Shown one piece after another: positions 22,616 to 33,243 of a stretch of DNA of 64,000 bases. A program made the translations under genes and the position numbers. The DNA comes from an uncultured delta proteobacterium. Lineage in GTDB: Bacteria > Desulfobacterota > Binatia > UBA9968. The notes under the pieces are model-generated. The model searched no databases, had not been told where the DNA came from, and was given only the letters and a program-made list of their open reading frames with translations. The stretch spans positions 184,752 to 248,751 of the forward strand of contig CAVSLC010000002.1 of NCBI GenBank assembly GCA_963728565.1, read 5' to 3'. Every line of letters starts with the position of its first letter. Within the stretch, counting starts at the first letter, position 1.

Positions 22616-23473
22616 ATGACCAATGCCCAACCAGCGGTAATCGTTCATGGCGGCGCCGGTCCGATCCGGGACGATTCGCTGCCAGAGCGGCTCGACGGAT
22701 GCAAAGCAGCGGCGCTGGCGGCCTGGGATATTCTGGCGCAGAACGGATCGGCACTGGACGCGGCCGAAGCCGCGGTGATGGTTCTCGAAGATAATCCGCT
22801 CTTCAATGCCGGTACTGGTTCGACGCTCAATCAAATTGGCAATGTGGAGATGGATGCGGCGATCATGGACGGCGATTCGTTGCGTGTTGGTGCTGTGGCA
22901 GCCGTACAACGAATCAAGAACCCCATCAAGCTGGCGCGTCGGGTCATGGAGGATGGCCGGCAGGTGATCCTGGCGGGCGAGGGCGCGCTCATGTTTGCGC
23001 GGGAAATTGGCTTTCCGGAATGTTCTCCAGCATCGCTGATTGTCGAACACGAGAGAAAACGTTGGGCAGAGAAGCACGGTACGGTGGGGTGCGTGGTGTT
23101 GGACGCTAACGGAAAGATCGCCGTGGCGACTTCCACCGGCGGGATTTTCAATAAGCTGCCGGGTCGCATCGGCGATTCGCCCTTGCCCGGCTGCGGAACA
23201 TATGCCGACCATCGGGGTGGTGTCTCCTGCACGGGATTGGGCGAAGCGATTATTCGCGTTGTCCTAGGCAAGACTGCCATTGACTTTCTCGCCGAAGGCA
23301 TCGACCCAAATGCGGCCGCGCGTAAGTCTCTGGAACTGTTGGAGGCGAAAACACGAGCCCAAGCCGGCCTGATCATGATCGATTGCCACGGACGAATTGG
23401 TTACGCTCGCAACACGACCCATATGCCTGTGTGCTTTATCAGAGATAACCAGAGCATAGCGCTTGACAGTTGA
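22616..23473 (+). CDS. iaaA: Isoaspartyl peptidase/L-asparaginase (Ntn hydrolase)
   Basis: VHGGAG, FNAGTG, GTVG nucleophile, ATSTGG, GRIGDSP. Confidence 0.9.
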   Translation: MTNAQPAVIVHGGAGPIRDDSLPERLDGCKAAALAAWDILAQNGSALDAAEAAVMVLEDNPLFNAGTGSTLNQIGNVEMDAAIMDGDSLRVGAVAAVQRIKNPIKLARRVMEDGRQVILAGEGALMFAREIGFPECSPASLIVEHERKRWAEKHGTVGCVVLDANGKIAVATSTGGIFNKLPGRIGDSPLPGCGTYADHRGGVSCTGLGEAIIRVVLGKTAIDFLAEGIDPNAAARKSLELLEAKTRAQAGLIMIDCHGRIGYARNTTHMPVCFIRDNQSIALDS

Positions 23474-23695
23474 GTACGAGGTTTGCCTGAATCCGCACCA
23501 CCTTGCGCAATCCGTAGGCTGGTTGGTTTAGCTGGAAACTCATGGTCATCGATTTCGAGCATCATTAGATTTGCGCCGAGCTCGGGCGTTCGCATCGCGC
23601 TTTAAAATGTGTTCTGGTGCGGCGAGCCCGGATTCGGCGTCGAAATTGATTCATCGGAGGCTGTCCTCCGACCTGAGCAAGTTAAAGAGAGTTTC

Positions 23696-24679
23696 ATGTA
23701 CAAAGTTTTTCGCGCCAAGATGGTCATCACACTCGCCATCCTGATTGTGATTAGCTCATTGGCTTCACCGGGCGGTGCGGCGTCGAGCGCGACCCATGTA
23801 AGCATTCATGTTCCATCGAGGAGTCTGTCGATCATGCCGTACTATTTCGGCAAGGATAAAGGATTCTTCGCAGCGGAGCAGATCGAGCCGCAGTTGATCG
23901 TCATGGCGCCGCCCACCGCCATCGCTGCTTTGGTCGCCGGTGAATTGGACTTCTCCGCGACCTTGGGCGCCGCGACCTCTGCCATCATGCGTGGGTTGCC
24001 GCTTAGGAGAGTGTTTTACGTGCAGCACGATCCAAGCCACGCGCTGATCGCGCAACCTGAAATTAAAAGCGTGCAAGAATTGATCGGAAAAGTGGTTGCG
24101 GTTACGGCTCTGACCGATGCTGTGGGAATGTCTGCGGCGCTGGTGCTAAAAGGCAATGGCATTGATCCGGGACGGGTGACGCTTCTGGCGACGCAAGTGA
24201 CCGACAACGCCTACAAGGCGTTAACCTCGCGCAGAGTCGCCGCCACCCTGATGGCACCGCCGTACATCGAAGAATTGGAAGCGAAGGGCTACCGGCGACT
24301 GGCTGAAGCGAGAACCTATGCGCCGCTTAGCTTCATCGGTCTTGTCGCATCCATTGATTCACTGACAAAAGATCCGACCAAAGCTTATGGGCTGATCGCC
24401 GGCTTGCACCGTACTTTGGTTTACCTGCACAACCCGGCTAACCGGCATGAGGTTATTCAATACATTGCCGGTTTTCACAAAATCGATTTGCCGCTGGCAG
24501 AAAAGGCTTTTGCGACGCAGATGCAATCCTACAGCAAGGATGGCACTAAACCGCGCGCCGCTGTTGAGCGCGAGATTGATGTCTACCGGGACACTTTAAA
24601 AATCGTCAAGCCGTTTACGCCTGATGACCTGGAAGATATGAGCCTATTAAGGAAAGTACAAAGAGCGGCGAAAGGGTAA
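23696..24679 (+). CDS. ABC substrate-binding protein, NMT1/SsuA-like
   Basis: Signal peptide, KGFF..E, AIAALVAGELDF, IKSVQELIGK. Confidence 0.85.
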   Translation: MYKVFRAKMVITLAILIVISSLASPGGAASSATHVSIHVPSRSLSIMPYYFGKDKGFFAAEQIEPQLIVMAPPTAIAALVAGELDFSATLGAATSAIMRGLPLRRVFYVQHDPSHALIAQPEIKSVQELIGKVVAVTALTDAVGMSAALVLKGNGIDPGRVTLLATQVTDNAYKALTSRRVAATLMAPPYIEELEAKGYRRLAEARTYAPLSFIGLVASIDSLTKDPTKAYGLIAGLHRTLVYLHNPANRHEVIQYIAGFHKIDLPLAEKAFATQMQSYSKDGTKPRAAVEREIDVYRDTLKIVKPFTPDDLEDMSLLRKVQRAAKG

Positions 24680-24772
24680 AGCCGTGCTCGTGAGACGTGT
24701 CAAGAAAAGCTAAAATCTTGACAGCGAAGCTCTGCTCCAGCCAATTAGAGCGCACTTGTTCGATACCGGCCA

Positions 24773-25027
24773 TTAGCCTCTTTGGGCGAGCTTGATCGCC
24801 TGCTCTATGTGCGGGATTACCTCGGGGCAGCATTGCCGGGCTGTCTCTAAAAAGATTCGCGCTTGGTCCTCGTTACAAACGATCGTGTAGCCGGCAAACA
24901 GCACCCCCTCGATGGCATGATCAAGTCGTCTGGCATTGTCAATGAGATCACGTACCGGAGAGTCGATAGGGTAGGAGTTACGCAATCGCTTATATTGCGC
25001 CGGAGCCATTTTAATATGTATTTCCAT
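24773..25027 (-). CDS. Small hypothetical protein (C...CPE family)
   Basis: RBS GAGG; 84 aa; similar to 55404-55643. Confidence 0.65.
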   Translation of the reverse strand: MEIHIKMAPAQYKRLRNSYPIDSPVRDLIDNARRLDHAIEGVLFAGYTIVCNEDQARIFLETARQCCPEVIPHIEQAIKLAQRG

Positions 25028-25086
25028 GGCGCTACCTCATCGATCGTCCTATTCAGAACTGAACCACAAACAAGTCTCCCACTCAA

Positions 25087-26130
25087 TCACTCAGACAGCT
25101 TCTTCACACGTTCGATGACTTCCTGCGGTTGATTCATGACCTCGCGAATCTGCGTTTCGACTTCCGCGCCGGCAAGAGTTTCCAAATCGAGGCGGCTCTT
25201 CTTGGCTTCTTGAACGACCTCCGGCTCGGCGAAGGCTTTGAGATAGGCTTCACGCAGAACTTTGATGCGCTCCGGCGGAATGCCCGGCGTACCAATGAGC
25301 GGTCGCCCCAAAGTCGCGGAGACGAGCATCACGCGTGCGACATTACGGCTGAGTGCAGGCGTTTTCTTTTTGTCCATCAATTCGGACAATGTCGGCGCAT
25401 CCGGCAGCCGCCAGTCTTTTTTGGCGCCGGTTTGTACTATGTGCCTGTCGAAGCCGGACTTGTGCCAGGTGAAATACGGCTCCCGGGCAAAGTGGGTTGT
25501 AATGCCGGTGCCCCGACAATGGATCTCGCCTTTTTCAATTGCCAGGTCAATCTCAACGCCCCCGGGATAGCCTCTAACGTTGTTGAACTTGGCGCCGAGG
25601 GTTTCTTCAAGAATATTGACCATGATTGTCGTCAAGTCCGATGTTCCGGTTGCGCCGCATTTGGCAGGCTCGCTGATGTTGAGAATGTCGTCAATCGATT
25701 TCCACTGTGAGTCGGCTTTCATGTAAAGCACCAAGTCCCTTTGATCCACGCTACCAAGCCACGCCAATTTAGTGACATCGAAGGTGGCTTCTTTTCGTCC
25801 CAACATCTGATCGAGATAGATGCCGCTCCCGGGCATGCCGAGGGTCAAACCATCAGGCTTGGCGACGCTATAAACATAATTGGTCGCCGTCAGCGAACCG
25901 GCGCCGGGCATGTTCTGGACAATGATATTCGGGTTTCCAGGAATGTACTTGGGCATATGGCGGGAGAGAATGCGCGCGTACTGATCGTAAAGGCCGCCCG
26001 CGGTAAAACCAACGATGATGCGGATGGTCTTATCCTTGTAGAATGGCGTTGCTTGAGCTTGTGCCGCGCTCCCCCAGAATAAAGAGATCAAACCGAACAG
26101 CGCCGCAGCGATGATATCTTTAATCCTCAT
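25087..26130 (-). CDS. Tripartite tricarboxylate transporter substrate-binding protein (TctC/Bug)
   Basis: GFTAGGLYD, VQNMPGAG, KPDGLT, GYPGG. Confidence 0.9.
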   Translation of the reverse strand: MRIKDIIAAALFGLISLFWGSAAQAQATPFYKDKTIRIIVGFTAGGLYDQYARILSRHMPKYIPGNPNIIVQNMPGAGSLTATNYVYSVAKPDGLTLGMPGSGIYLDQMLGRKEATFDVTKLAWLGSVDQRDLVLYMKADSQWKSIDDILNISEPAKCGATGTSDLTTIMVNILEETLGAKFNNVRGYPGGVEIDLAIEKGEIHCRGTGITTHFAREPYFTWHKSGFDRHIVQTGAKKDWRLPDAPTLSELMDKKKTPALSRNVARVMLVSATLGRPLIGTPGIPPERIKVLREAYLKAFAEPEVVQEAKKSRLDLETLAGAEVETQIREVMNQPQEVIERVKKLSE

Positions 26131-26231
26131 GCACCCTCCTGTTGAGAACTGCTTATAGGCAATCCGCAAAGCTTGTGCAATAAGTTGATTTTCGTTGACA
26201 ACACCGATTGGGTAAACGTAATCTGATCGTG

Positions 26232-26954
26232 ATGCTTGAGGCAATGCCTGAGATGACCGCTATTCCGGCAAGCTTCTTTTTAATGGGAAGCGATCCCGGA
26301 CCGGAAAATGAAATGCCGCGCCATCGGGTTTGGCTCGATTCATTCGCGATTGCAAAGGTTCCGGTCACCAACAGAGAATACAGAATCTATGTTGAGGAGC
26401 GCCAGGCTGTGGCTGCGCCGTTTTGGTCGGAGCCGATGTTTGCGGATTCCGAGCAGCCGGTTGTCGGCGTCAGCTGGCATGATGCGGTAGCCTACTGCGC
26501 TTGGTTGGGCGCGCGGACCGGCAAAGCTTTCCGGCTGCCGAGCGAAGCCGAATGGGAAAAGGCGGCGCGTGGTCGGCGCCAAGACGCACTCTATCCTTGG
26601 GGGGATGAACCACCTTGCCAAAGAGCATATTCCGGTTACGATACAATGACCGGCGGACCGCAGCGAATCGGCATGAACGAGCCCAACGATTTTGGATTAT
26701 ACGACATGAGCGAAGGCGTTCATGAGTGGTGCAGCGACTATTATGATTATCGCTATTACAGCTATTCTCCTGACAGGAATCCCCAGGGGCCGCTCTCAGG
26801 GTTAAGGCGCGCATCACGGGGCGGTTCATGGCGTCATCGAATCAAGTTTAGCCGGTGTGCGGCGCGCAGCTCTCTGCCGCCAAGTTTTCGTTACGCCGAT
26901 TACGGCTTCCGTTTGGCGTTGACCCTGACGCCGCTGCTAGCGGATAATCTATGA
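26232..26954 (+). CDS. FGE-sulfatase (SUMF1) domain protein
   Basis: FLMGS, PVVGVSWHDA, RLPSEAEWEKAARG, RGGSW, GFRL; the FGE catalytic Cys pair is not evident; start uncertain. Confidence 0.88.
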   Translation: MLEAMPEMTAIPASFFLMGSDPGPENEMPRHRVWLDSFAIAKVPVTNREYRIYVEERQAVAAPFWSEPMFADSEQPVVGVSWHDAVAYCAWLGARTGKAFRLPSEAEWEKAARGRRQDALYPWGDEPPCQRAYSGYDTMTGGPQRIGMNEPNDFGLYDMSEGVHEWCSDYYDYRYYSYSPDRNPQGPLSGLRRASRGGSWRHRIKFSRCAARSSLPPSFRYADYGFRLALTLTPLLADNL

Positions 26955-28334
26955 ACCGTTCCGCGGCAACATTATTTTCTGCGCTCATCGTAATCTTCCT
27001 CGCTGGCGTGCAATTCCACGCGAATCGACGTCGGTCGAGGATCCTTCACAAGCCAATCACACGAGACTATCCGAGAATTCAGTGAGCCTCGCATTTCGTT
27101 CGAGGATCGAACTGAAGAGCTGGTTGGCCATGCAGAGAGACTCATAGCCAAGAATGAAAAAGAAGGCGCCGTACTGGATCAGCGATGGTATACGTTTAAA
27201 CGCTTTGGGCAATATCAAGACACGATCTTTAGCGCATCGCAGATCGTATTTTACGGCGGCCTCGAAGATGATGTTCGAGCAAACTTGCCAAAGCACTACG
27301 AATCTGTTGTTCCGTTGGAGAAAGATCAAGAGCCCGGCGAAATTCGATTATTTTCCGCAAAGCACGCACCTGCACAACATGATCTTATTGTCATTGGGCA
27401 GAATGGCAGAGAGGTCGCTCTAAAGACAATCATTCGCCTGATCTACCTCGCCAGTTTTGCCGATAGCGAGCGCCAACGGAAATATCGCGACAAGCTACAC
27501 TCGTTCAAAAAATCCCTCAAGGTGTTCATGTCTTCACGAAGCGCTCGGCAAGAATACATTGATTTTTTTGCTAAGCACGGCGTTAGCAGTCCCGACACGG
27601 TGATGATTGGATTTATTGGAGACACTCGCTCTCTGTTAAAGGCCGAAGGGATTCACGATCCGGAACTCTATTCAGATGAATCGCTGCGGATAAATTGGTT
27701 CAAAAACGCCAATGGTAGGAAGGTTCTGCTGGTTTCGATCGACCACAACCGAATATATGCCAGCAGATCAGGCGAATTGATCGAGGCGATTCTTGCAATC
27801 TCCGGGACGAGTCCGCCGACGATCGTTTTTCTTGGCAGTGCAGGAGCCATAGAAGATCCGAGTATTGTCGGTCGAATAGTCACTCCTACGATGGTGCTGA
27901 ACGGAGATCCCTTCCCTGCTGTCCAGCGAAAGGGTGTTTTAGTACATCTGATTCAAAACAAAGCGGTGGCGCAAGGCAGGATTAAAACGGCCCATGCATC
28001 GGTCGAAAATGTAGTTGTCGAGACAACTCAGTGGGCCGAGGGAATGAAAAGGGATCGAGTGAGAACTGTTGACCAGGAGCTGTTTCATATTATGAAGGCG
28101 GTCAACTCAAGAGACCGCACTCAGAAGGCCGATATATATGTAGGAATTTTAGTGACAGATAACGTTTCTTCCAATGCCGATGCAAATACGGATATGACGC
28201 TGGAGCACGCTGAAGAAGCGATTGCGAAGACCGCTAGTACCCGAAGAGAGTTCCTGAGAAGCATTTTAACCGAGCTCCGATTGTTAAAGCGAAATGACAT
28301 CAAGAGTCCTCAGCAAAGGGCGATAGGCTACTAA
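26951..28334 (+). CDS. Putative lipoprotein with a nucleoside-phosphorylase-like C-terminal domain (N-terminal frameshifts)
   Basis: The ORF frame is open upstream of 27285 to about 26995; a hydrophobic IVIFLAG-C lipobox is recoverable with indels; IVFLGSAGAI, VDQE, ILVTDN. Confidence 0.5.
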
Positions 28335-28532
28335 ACCGATAACGTGACAATGTGGACGCCAGCGGTTACGGCTGGATAGACTGCCTCGCGCGGCAGTATG
28401 GTAGAGCCAGCCTAACGAAAAATTTTTGGAGCATAAGTTCTGATACTTTGCGGTATGGCATCAAAGCGAAACGAACTAAGCTCTCCCCGTAGGTATGAGT
28501 AAGGTGCAATTCCCAGAGCAGTTTTGCTGCGG

Positions 28533-29621
28533 CTATTTTTCTTCGAATTCTCTTAGCGCGTCCCAACGCGGTTCCAATCCTAAACCGGATGTTTCCGGCA
28601 GCATAACCCAGCCTTGATCCGGGGCTGGCGGCTCTTTGTAGATCTTGTCGCCGATACCCCACATTTCAAGATGAAACTCGACACGCCAGCCGTTCGACAT
28701 CGCCGCCTGCAGATGCATGTTGTGGTGCGGCCAACCACCGCCGTTAGCGATGGGCAAATTAAACGCTTGTGCCAGCGCAGCGACCTTCACTGCTTCAGTA
28801 TAACCGCCCACCGAACAAACGTTGGGCTGCGCGATGTCGACACCACGATTGACAATCAGTTCTCGATGACGATATCGATGACCTTCGTTTTGTCCGGCAG
28901 CGATCGGGATCGATGTATGCCGGCGCAAGTCGGCGAGCAGCAGGGCATCATTCTGATAAACCGGTTCTTCAAACCAGGTGATGTTATAGGGCTCAACCAG
29001 CTTGCAAAGCTCGAGCGCGCGATTCAATGAAAAAAGATAATTGGCATCGATCATCAATTCCACTTCATCTCCAACCGCTTGACGCACAGCGCGCACGCGC
29101 GCCGCATCGACACCGGGATTTTCGGGATCGACGGCAACGACCATTTTGAGTCGCTTCTCCCCTTGGGCAACTACCCGCTTGGCCACCTCGATCAACTGTT
29201 CTGTGCTGTATTGCTTCAGGCCGAAAGTTACGTACGACTGCACTGGATTACGGGCGCCGCCAAGCAAGCGCCAGACCGGCTCGTTATACTTTTTCCCTTT
29301 GATGTCCCAAAGGGCAATGTCGATGGCGCTTACTGCCGAGCTCCACATGCCGGTTTGTCCGCGTGGATTGAAAGCGGTGTAGAGCTGATGCCAAACGCGT
29401 TCGGTTTCCAATGGATTCTTGTCGCGCAGGAATGGCGCGAGCTCGCGATTGACGAATTCTCTAAGCCCAAATCGTTGCGCGCCGCGCGTAAGACCATAAC
29501 CGGTTATGCCCTCGTCGGTTTCGATCGTGGCGAAAAGCACCGAGGTAGTGATTTTCTCCGACAGCAGCGGCACTTCGACAGGAACTCGATGTAACGTTGC
29601 TTTGACCTCGGTGATTCTCAG
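28533..29621 (-). CDS. Mandelate racemase/muconate lactonizing enzyme family
   Basis: DIALWDIKGK, KxK-like RLKM, MIDAN, WFEEP; the frame extends to CTG-RITEVKA at 29621. Confidence 0.9.
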   Translation of the reverse strand: MRITEVKATLHRVPVEVPLLSEKITTSVLFATIETDEGITGYGLTRGAQRFGLREFVNRELAPFLRDKNPLETERVWHQLYTAFNPRGQTGMWSSAVSAIDIALWDIKGKKYNEPVWRLLGGARNPVQSYVTFGLKQYSTEQLIEVAKRVVAQGEKRLKMVVAVDPENPGVDAARVRAVRQAVGDEVELMIDANYLFSLNRALELCKLVEPYNITWFEEPVYQNDALLLADLRRHTSIPIAAGQNEGHRYRHRELIVNRGVDIAQPNVCSVGGYTEAVKVAALAQAFNLPIANGGGWPHHNMHLQAAMSNGWRVEFHLEMWGIGDKIYKEPPAPDQGWVMLPETSGLGLEPRWDALREFEEK

Positions 29622-30091
29622 ATCGTGCCTCGAATGTGTCGGTTAATCCGTGAAAGAAAAAGTTCTTCGTGAAATCCGCTCTCAATACAATGACGGTTCG
29701 TCATGGTTAGCGGTACAGCGCCGTTCATCGGTTGTCAAATGTGAATCGCGATCCCGAGATTGATAAACATATCGCTCGCGCACACGGGGCTCCTGCTATT
29801 CCGCAAGACTTCGATTTTGATTGGTTCAATCCTGTCGATGAGAAATTTCCAAGATTAGAGCCGCTCAGCGCCGCCGGTCCTGTGTACAAATCTAGCTTGC
29901 CGGCGACATTTGTGGAGCGTCTGGCAAACTTGCGAGCGCCACGTTTTTCGAACAGCTTAAGCGGGCTTGTCTGAGCTTTCTCTAAGTAACGCGACCTCAC
30001 GCTCCCGAAAGTCTTTGTGCGTGCCTCAGCCGAGCCGAGTCCGCGAACGGTGTGGCGTCCCGGGACGCCCAACTGTCCTGCAATTGACAGC

Positions 30092-30106
30092 TGGCACCTC
30101 CATTGC
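30092..30106 (+). promoter_or_regulatory. Sigma-54 -24/-12 promoter
   Basis: TGGCAC-CTCCA-TTGC matches TGGCAC-N5-TTGC, about 80 bp upstream of the bactofilin gene. Confidence 0.65.
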
Positions 30107-30183
30107 GTCGGTTTGGAAAAGTTTTGGCTCCAAACTTCAGTTCATAATTGTCGTGCGCTGTCATCAAACATTAAGGAGGTTCT

Positions 30184-30687
30184 ATGGCACTTTGGAATCA
30201 ACCCATGCAAGAGGATAACGGTGAGAAGCCGCATGTCGAGCACACTCCGCCCATCGCCCCGGTAACCCCGAGCCATGCGCCGCGTGAACATACCTCCAAG
30301 GATCGTCGCGAATCCGTATTTGGACCCGGCGTTGCGATCGAGGGAAAGATCGAAGGTGATGCCGACCTGCGCATTGCCGGCAAGTTCAAAGGCGATATTC
30401 AAGTCAAAGGCGACGTGAATATCGAAAGGGGCGCGCATCTGTCGGCGAAAATCAGCGCGGTAACCGTTACCATAGCCGGCGAGGTGGAAGGCAATGTGGT
30501 CGCTAGCGCGCAGGTGAAGCTGCTGGAATCCGGTCAGCTAATCGGCGACCTGAAAGCGACCACGTTAACCGTGGCAGCCGGTTCGCGGATGCGCGGCCAT
30601 GTAGAATTCGGCTGGAGCGAAGCACAGGCGGCAAAGTTTGTTAATGGCCGAGCTCATGAGAACGCAAAAAATGGAACCAATCAATGA
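30184..30687 (+). CDS. Bactofilin (polymer-forming cytoskeletal protein)
   Basis: IEGKIEG..DLRIAGKFKGDI...IAGEVEGNV...L.GDL beta-helix; strong RBS AAGGAGG. Confidence 0.9.
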   Translation: MALWNQPMQEDNGEKPHVEHTPPIAPVTPSHAPREHTSKDRRESVFGPGVAIEGKIEGDADLRIAGKFKGDIQVKGDVNIERGAHLSAKISAVTVTIAGEVEGNVVASAQVKLLESGQLIGDLKATTLTVAAGSRMRGHVEFGWSEAQAAKFVNGRAHENAKNGTNQ

Positions 30688-31040
30688 AAGCGGGACGTCT
30701 CTCAGCTGCGGGAGAATCCCGCAGCTGCCCGCATTGCAAAGCTACGATCCTGAAAAGTTCGGTGTCGTGCCCGCTTTGCCGACACGTCCTCAAGTTCGGC
30801 TCCGCCGCTGCAGAAGCATCTTCCAATCCTACGGAGTGCCCGCTTTCAGTCGAAGGTACGATCAATCACCCAGGCTCAGGCGAGGCGCTTGAATACTTCA
30901 TCTTGATGGAAGTTCGTGATGAATCCGGCAAATTGATTTCCCGGCAGAGTCTCGGTGTCGGAGCGATCGATAAGGCGCAAAAACGCATCTTTACTCTGAG
31001 GGTGGAGATGTCTTCGACAGGCATGCCGCCGCCCGCGTGA
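30684..31040 (+). CDS. Hypothetical zinc-ribbon protein
   Basis: CPHC...CPLC; ATGA overlap with the bactofilin gene. Confidence 0.7.
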   Translation: MKAGRLSAAGESRSCPHCKATILKSSVSCPLCRHVLKFGSAAAEASSNPTECPLSVEGTINHPGSGEALEYFILMEVRDESGKLISRQSLGVGAIDKAQKRIFTLRVEMSSTGMPPPA

Positions 31041-31139
31041 CAACGAGAGATCTCTCGGTGCTCGACTACGCTACCACGACAATCTGAAGTTCGTTCGAAC
31101 TATTGAGCGGCCTTGGAAGCGGATTGGTTTACGGCCGGC

Positions 31140-32114
31140 TCACGCGGCCGATGCGATTCGCTTTATTGGTAGCTGTTCTGCAAGATCGTAAGCTTTAGCC
31201 GGTACCGGCTTTAAGTCCCAGATCAGTCCAACCCACGACATAAGCTTCAAAACATAGTACGTGAGGTCGATTTCCCACCAGTAGAATCCCTGTCGGGTAC
31301 AACCCATATGCTGATGATGGTTGTTGTGCCAACCTTCTCCAAGTGTAATCAATGCTAGTAGGAAGTTATTTCGGCTTTGATCTTTGGTGTCGTATCGACG
31401 GCTGCCAATCAGATGCGCGATGGAATTGATGCTGGCGGTGGCATGAAACAACACCGTGGTGCTTACCACGAATCCCCAAACGAACAATTGAAGGCCAGTG
31501 ACACCCAGGGAGGGGGCTGATCGCTCCAGCCAAGCGCCGGTTATGTAGAGAGCGAATCCCAACGCAAATGGAACCGCTTTGTCGTAACGATTCAACCAGA
31601 CCAGTTCAGGAAACCGCGCAAAGTCCTGGATCCGTTTGTATTGAGTCGCATAGTAGCGGTTGCACATGAACCAGCCAGCGTGCGAGCGGAGAAAACCATA
31701 CTGAATCGGAGAGTGTGGATCGGCTTGCAAATCTGACTCGCGATGATGGTTCCTATGATGCGCCGCCCACCAAAGAGGGCCCCGTTGCGCCGACGAGGCA
31801 CCGAGAACAGCAAACGCGAACTGCGCCCAACGCGAAGTGCGAAAAGTTCTATGTGCGAAATAGCGGTGGTAAATGCCGGTTATGGCGAACATTCGAACCA
31901 GGTACATGACGACCGCGGTTTGCACCGCAACAGAACTCCAGCCGACCCAGAACACCGCCAAACAACCAAAGTGTAAGATAACAAACGGCAGGGTTCGGAG
32001 CCAGTTGATTCGGTCGACATCGCCACCATCGTTAACCTCAGCTGGGCCGAAATGCTCAGAATCAAACCACTGGACGAACGTGCGAGCTACATGAGTTAAG
32101 TCTGACGTTTTCAT
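31140..32114 (-). CDS. Acyl-CoA delta-9 desaturase
   Basis: His boxes HRYFAH, HRNHH, HNNHH; GEGW. Confidence 0.93.
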   Translation of the reverse strand: MKTSDLTHVARTFVQWFDSEHFGPAEVNDGGDVDRINWLRTLPFVILHFGCLAVFWVGWSSVAVQTAVVMYLVRMFAITGIYHRYFAHRTFRTSRWAQFAFAVLGASSAQRGPLWWAAHHRNHHRESDLQADPHSPIQYGFLRSHAGWFMCNRYYATQYKRIQDFARFPELVWLNRYDKAVPFALGFALYITGAWLERSAPSLGVTGLQLFVWGFVVSTTVLFHATASINSIAHLIGSRRYDTKDQSRNNFLLALITLGEGWHNNHHQHMGCTRQGFYWWEIDLTYYVLKLMSWVGLIWDLKPVPAKAYDLAEQLPIKRIASAA

Positions 32115-32662
32115 GAATCGAATATTTTTAGCATGAGCCGGTGAAAGCTTCAATCTTTTGCCCGGAAAATGACGCATTGTTGTGGAAATTTCGGAGACTG
32201 CGGAGTATCTTTCCGACGCGTTGTGATGTCAAATTTGGCAGTCGCTGGGATTGGCACTCAGTTTCGATCTCTTTGACGATGAAGTTGGCGCTTGCCAACG
32301 CCGCGAGGCACCGCGCTTTCGGCTCGCCGTGCCGGTGCGGCGGTTAGTTGATAGATTTGCTTTCAACTGGGGATCGATCCGCGAGAGTCGATTCCGGCAG
32401 CAGGGTAGCGACTAAGGTTTCAAGCGCTGGTATGTCGAACGAGGCATGGCGCCCGAGCAGTTGGAAAAGCAAGTGCCCGCCGGGAGACGGCGCTTTGAAA
32501 ACTCGCGCGAAAATAAACTGGCCTCGTCTCAGCGGCTGGCCAGTGTCAATTAGTAGATCAGCTAATTAATTAGCGATAGATTTCTTGACGGGTCGGTTTG
32601 CGGCGGTGTAGTTGTGATCTGCCTGGTCTTAGGTGAAGTACATCGATTTCAAGGAGGCGTAA

Positions 32663-33037
32663 ATGCGTGTACTCAAAATTGCCGAGTTACCGGAAAAGCC
32701 GATGAACGCAGCGACACCTGTCCCGGGATGGTCGGGAGGAGAGGTGAGCCGCACGCGTCAAGCAATTATTGGCGAAGCTGATTCCGACAATTTTCGATGT
32801 AACGTCGTGAACTTCCGGCAGGGCGCTACCACCGGGTGGCACACTCATGATTGCGATCAGATTCTGGTGGTAACTGCGGGACGGGGTTCGATAGCAAACG
32901 AAAAAGAGCAGCGTGAGATCACCGTTGGTGATGTCGTGCACATCACGGCGGGTGAACGGCACTGGCATGGCGCCACGGCAGATACACCGATGTCACATAT
33001 TACGGTCACGACAGCCGGCAGTCAGTCCAAACATTGA
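32663..33037 (+). CDS. Cupin domain protein
   Basis: WHTH..DQIL, GDVV.I.AGERHWHGA. Confidence 0.88.
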   Translation: MRVLKIAELPEKPMNAATPVPGWSGGEVSRTRQAIIGEADSDNFRCNVVNFRQGATTGWHTHDCDQILVVTAGRGSIANEKEQREITVGDVVHITAGERHWHGATADTPMSHITVTTAGSQSKH

Positions 33038-33243
33038 TTCGGCTGCATCGCACGGATGCGCTGAATACGATCACGTTGATTGCGAGCGCGCGCATTATCC
33101 AGACTGGACAGTTTCCGATCGCGGTAAAACTGCTGCCTCAGCGGAGCTGACGTTACGCCACCAACGGAAATATTTCTTGTCCCGGAGTGTTTGCAGCGAT
33201 TGGATCGCTCTTAGAACCTGGCAGCCGTTCTGTTTGATCTTGT

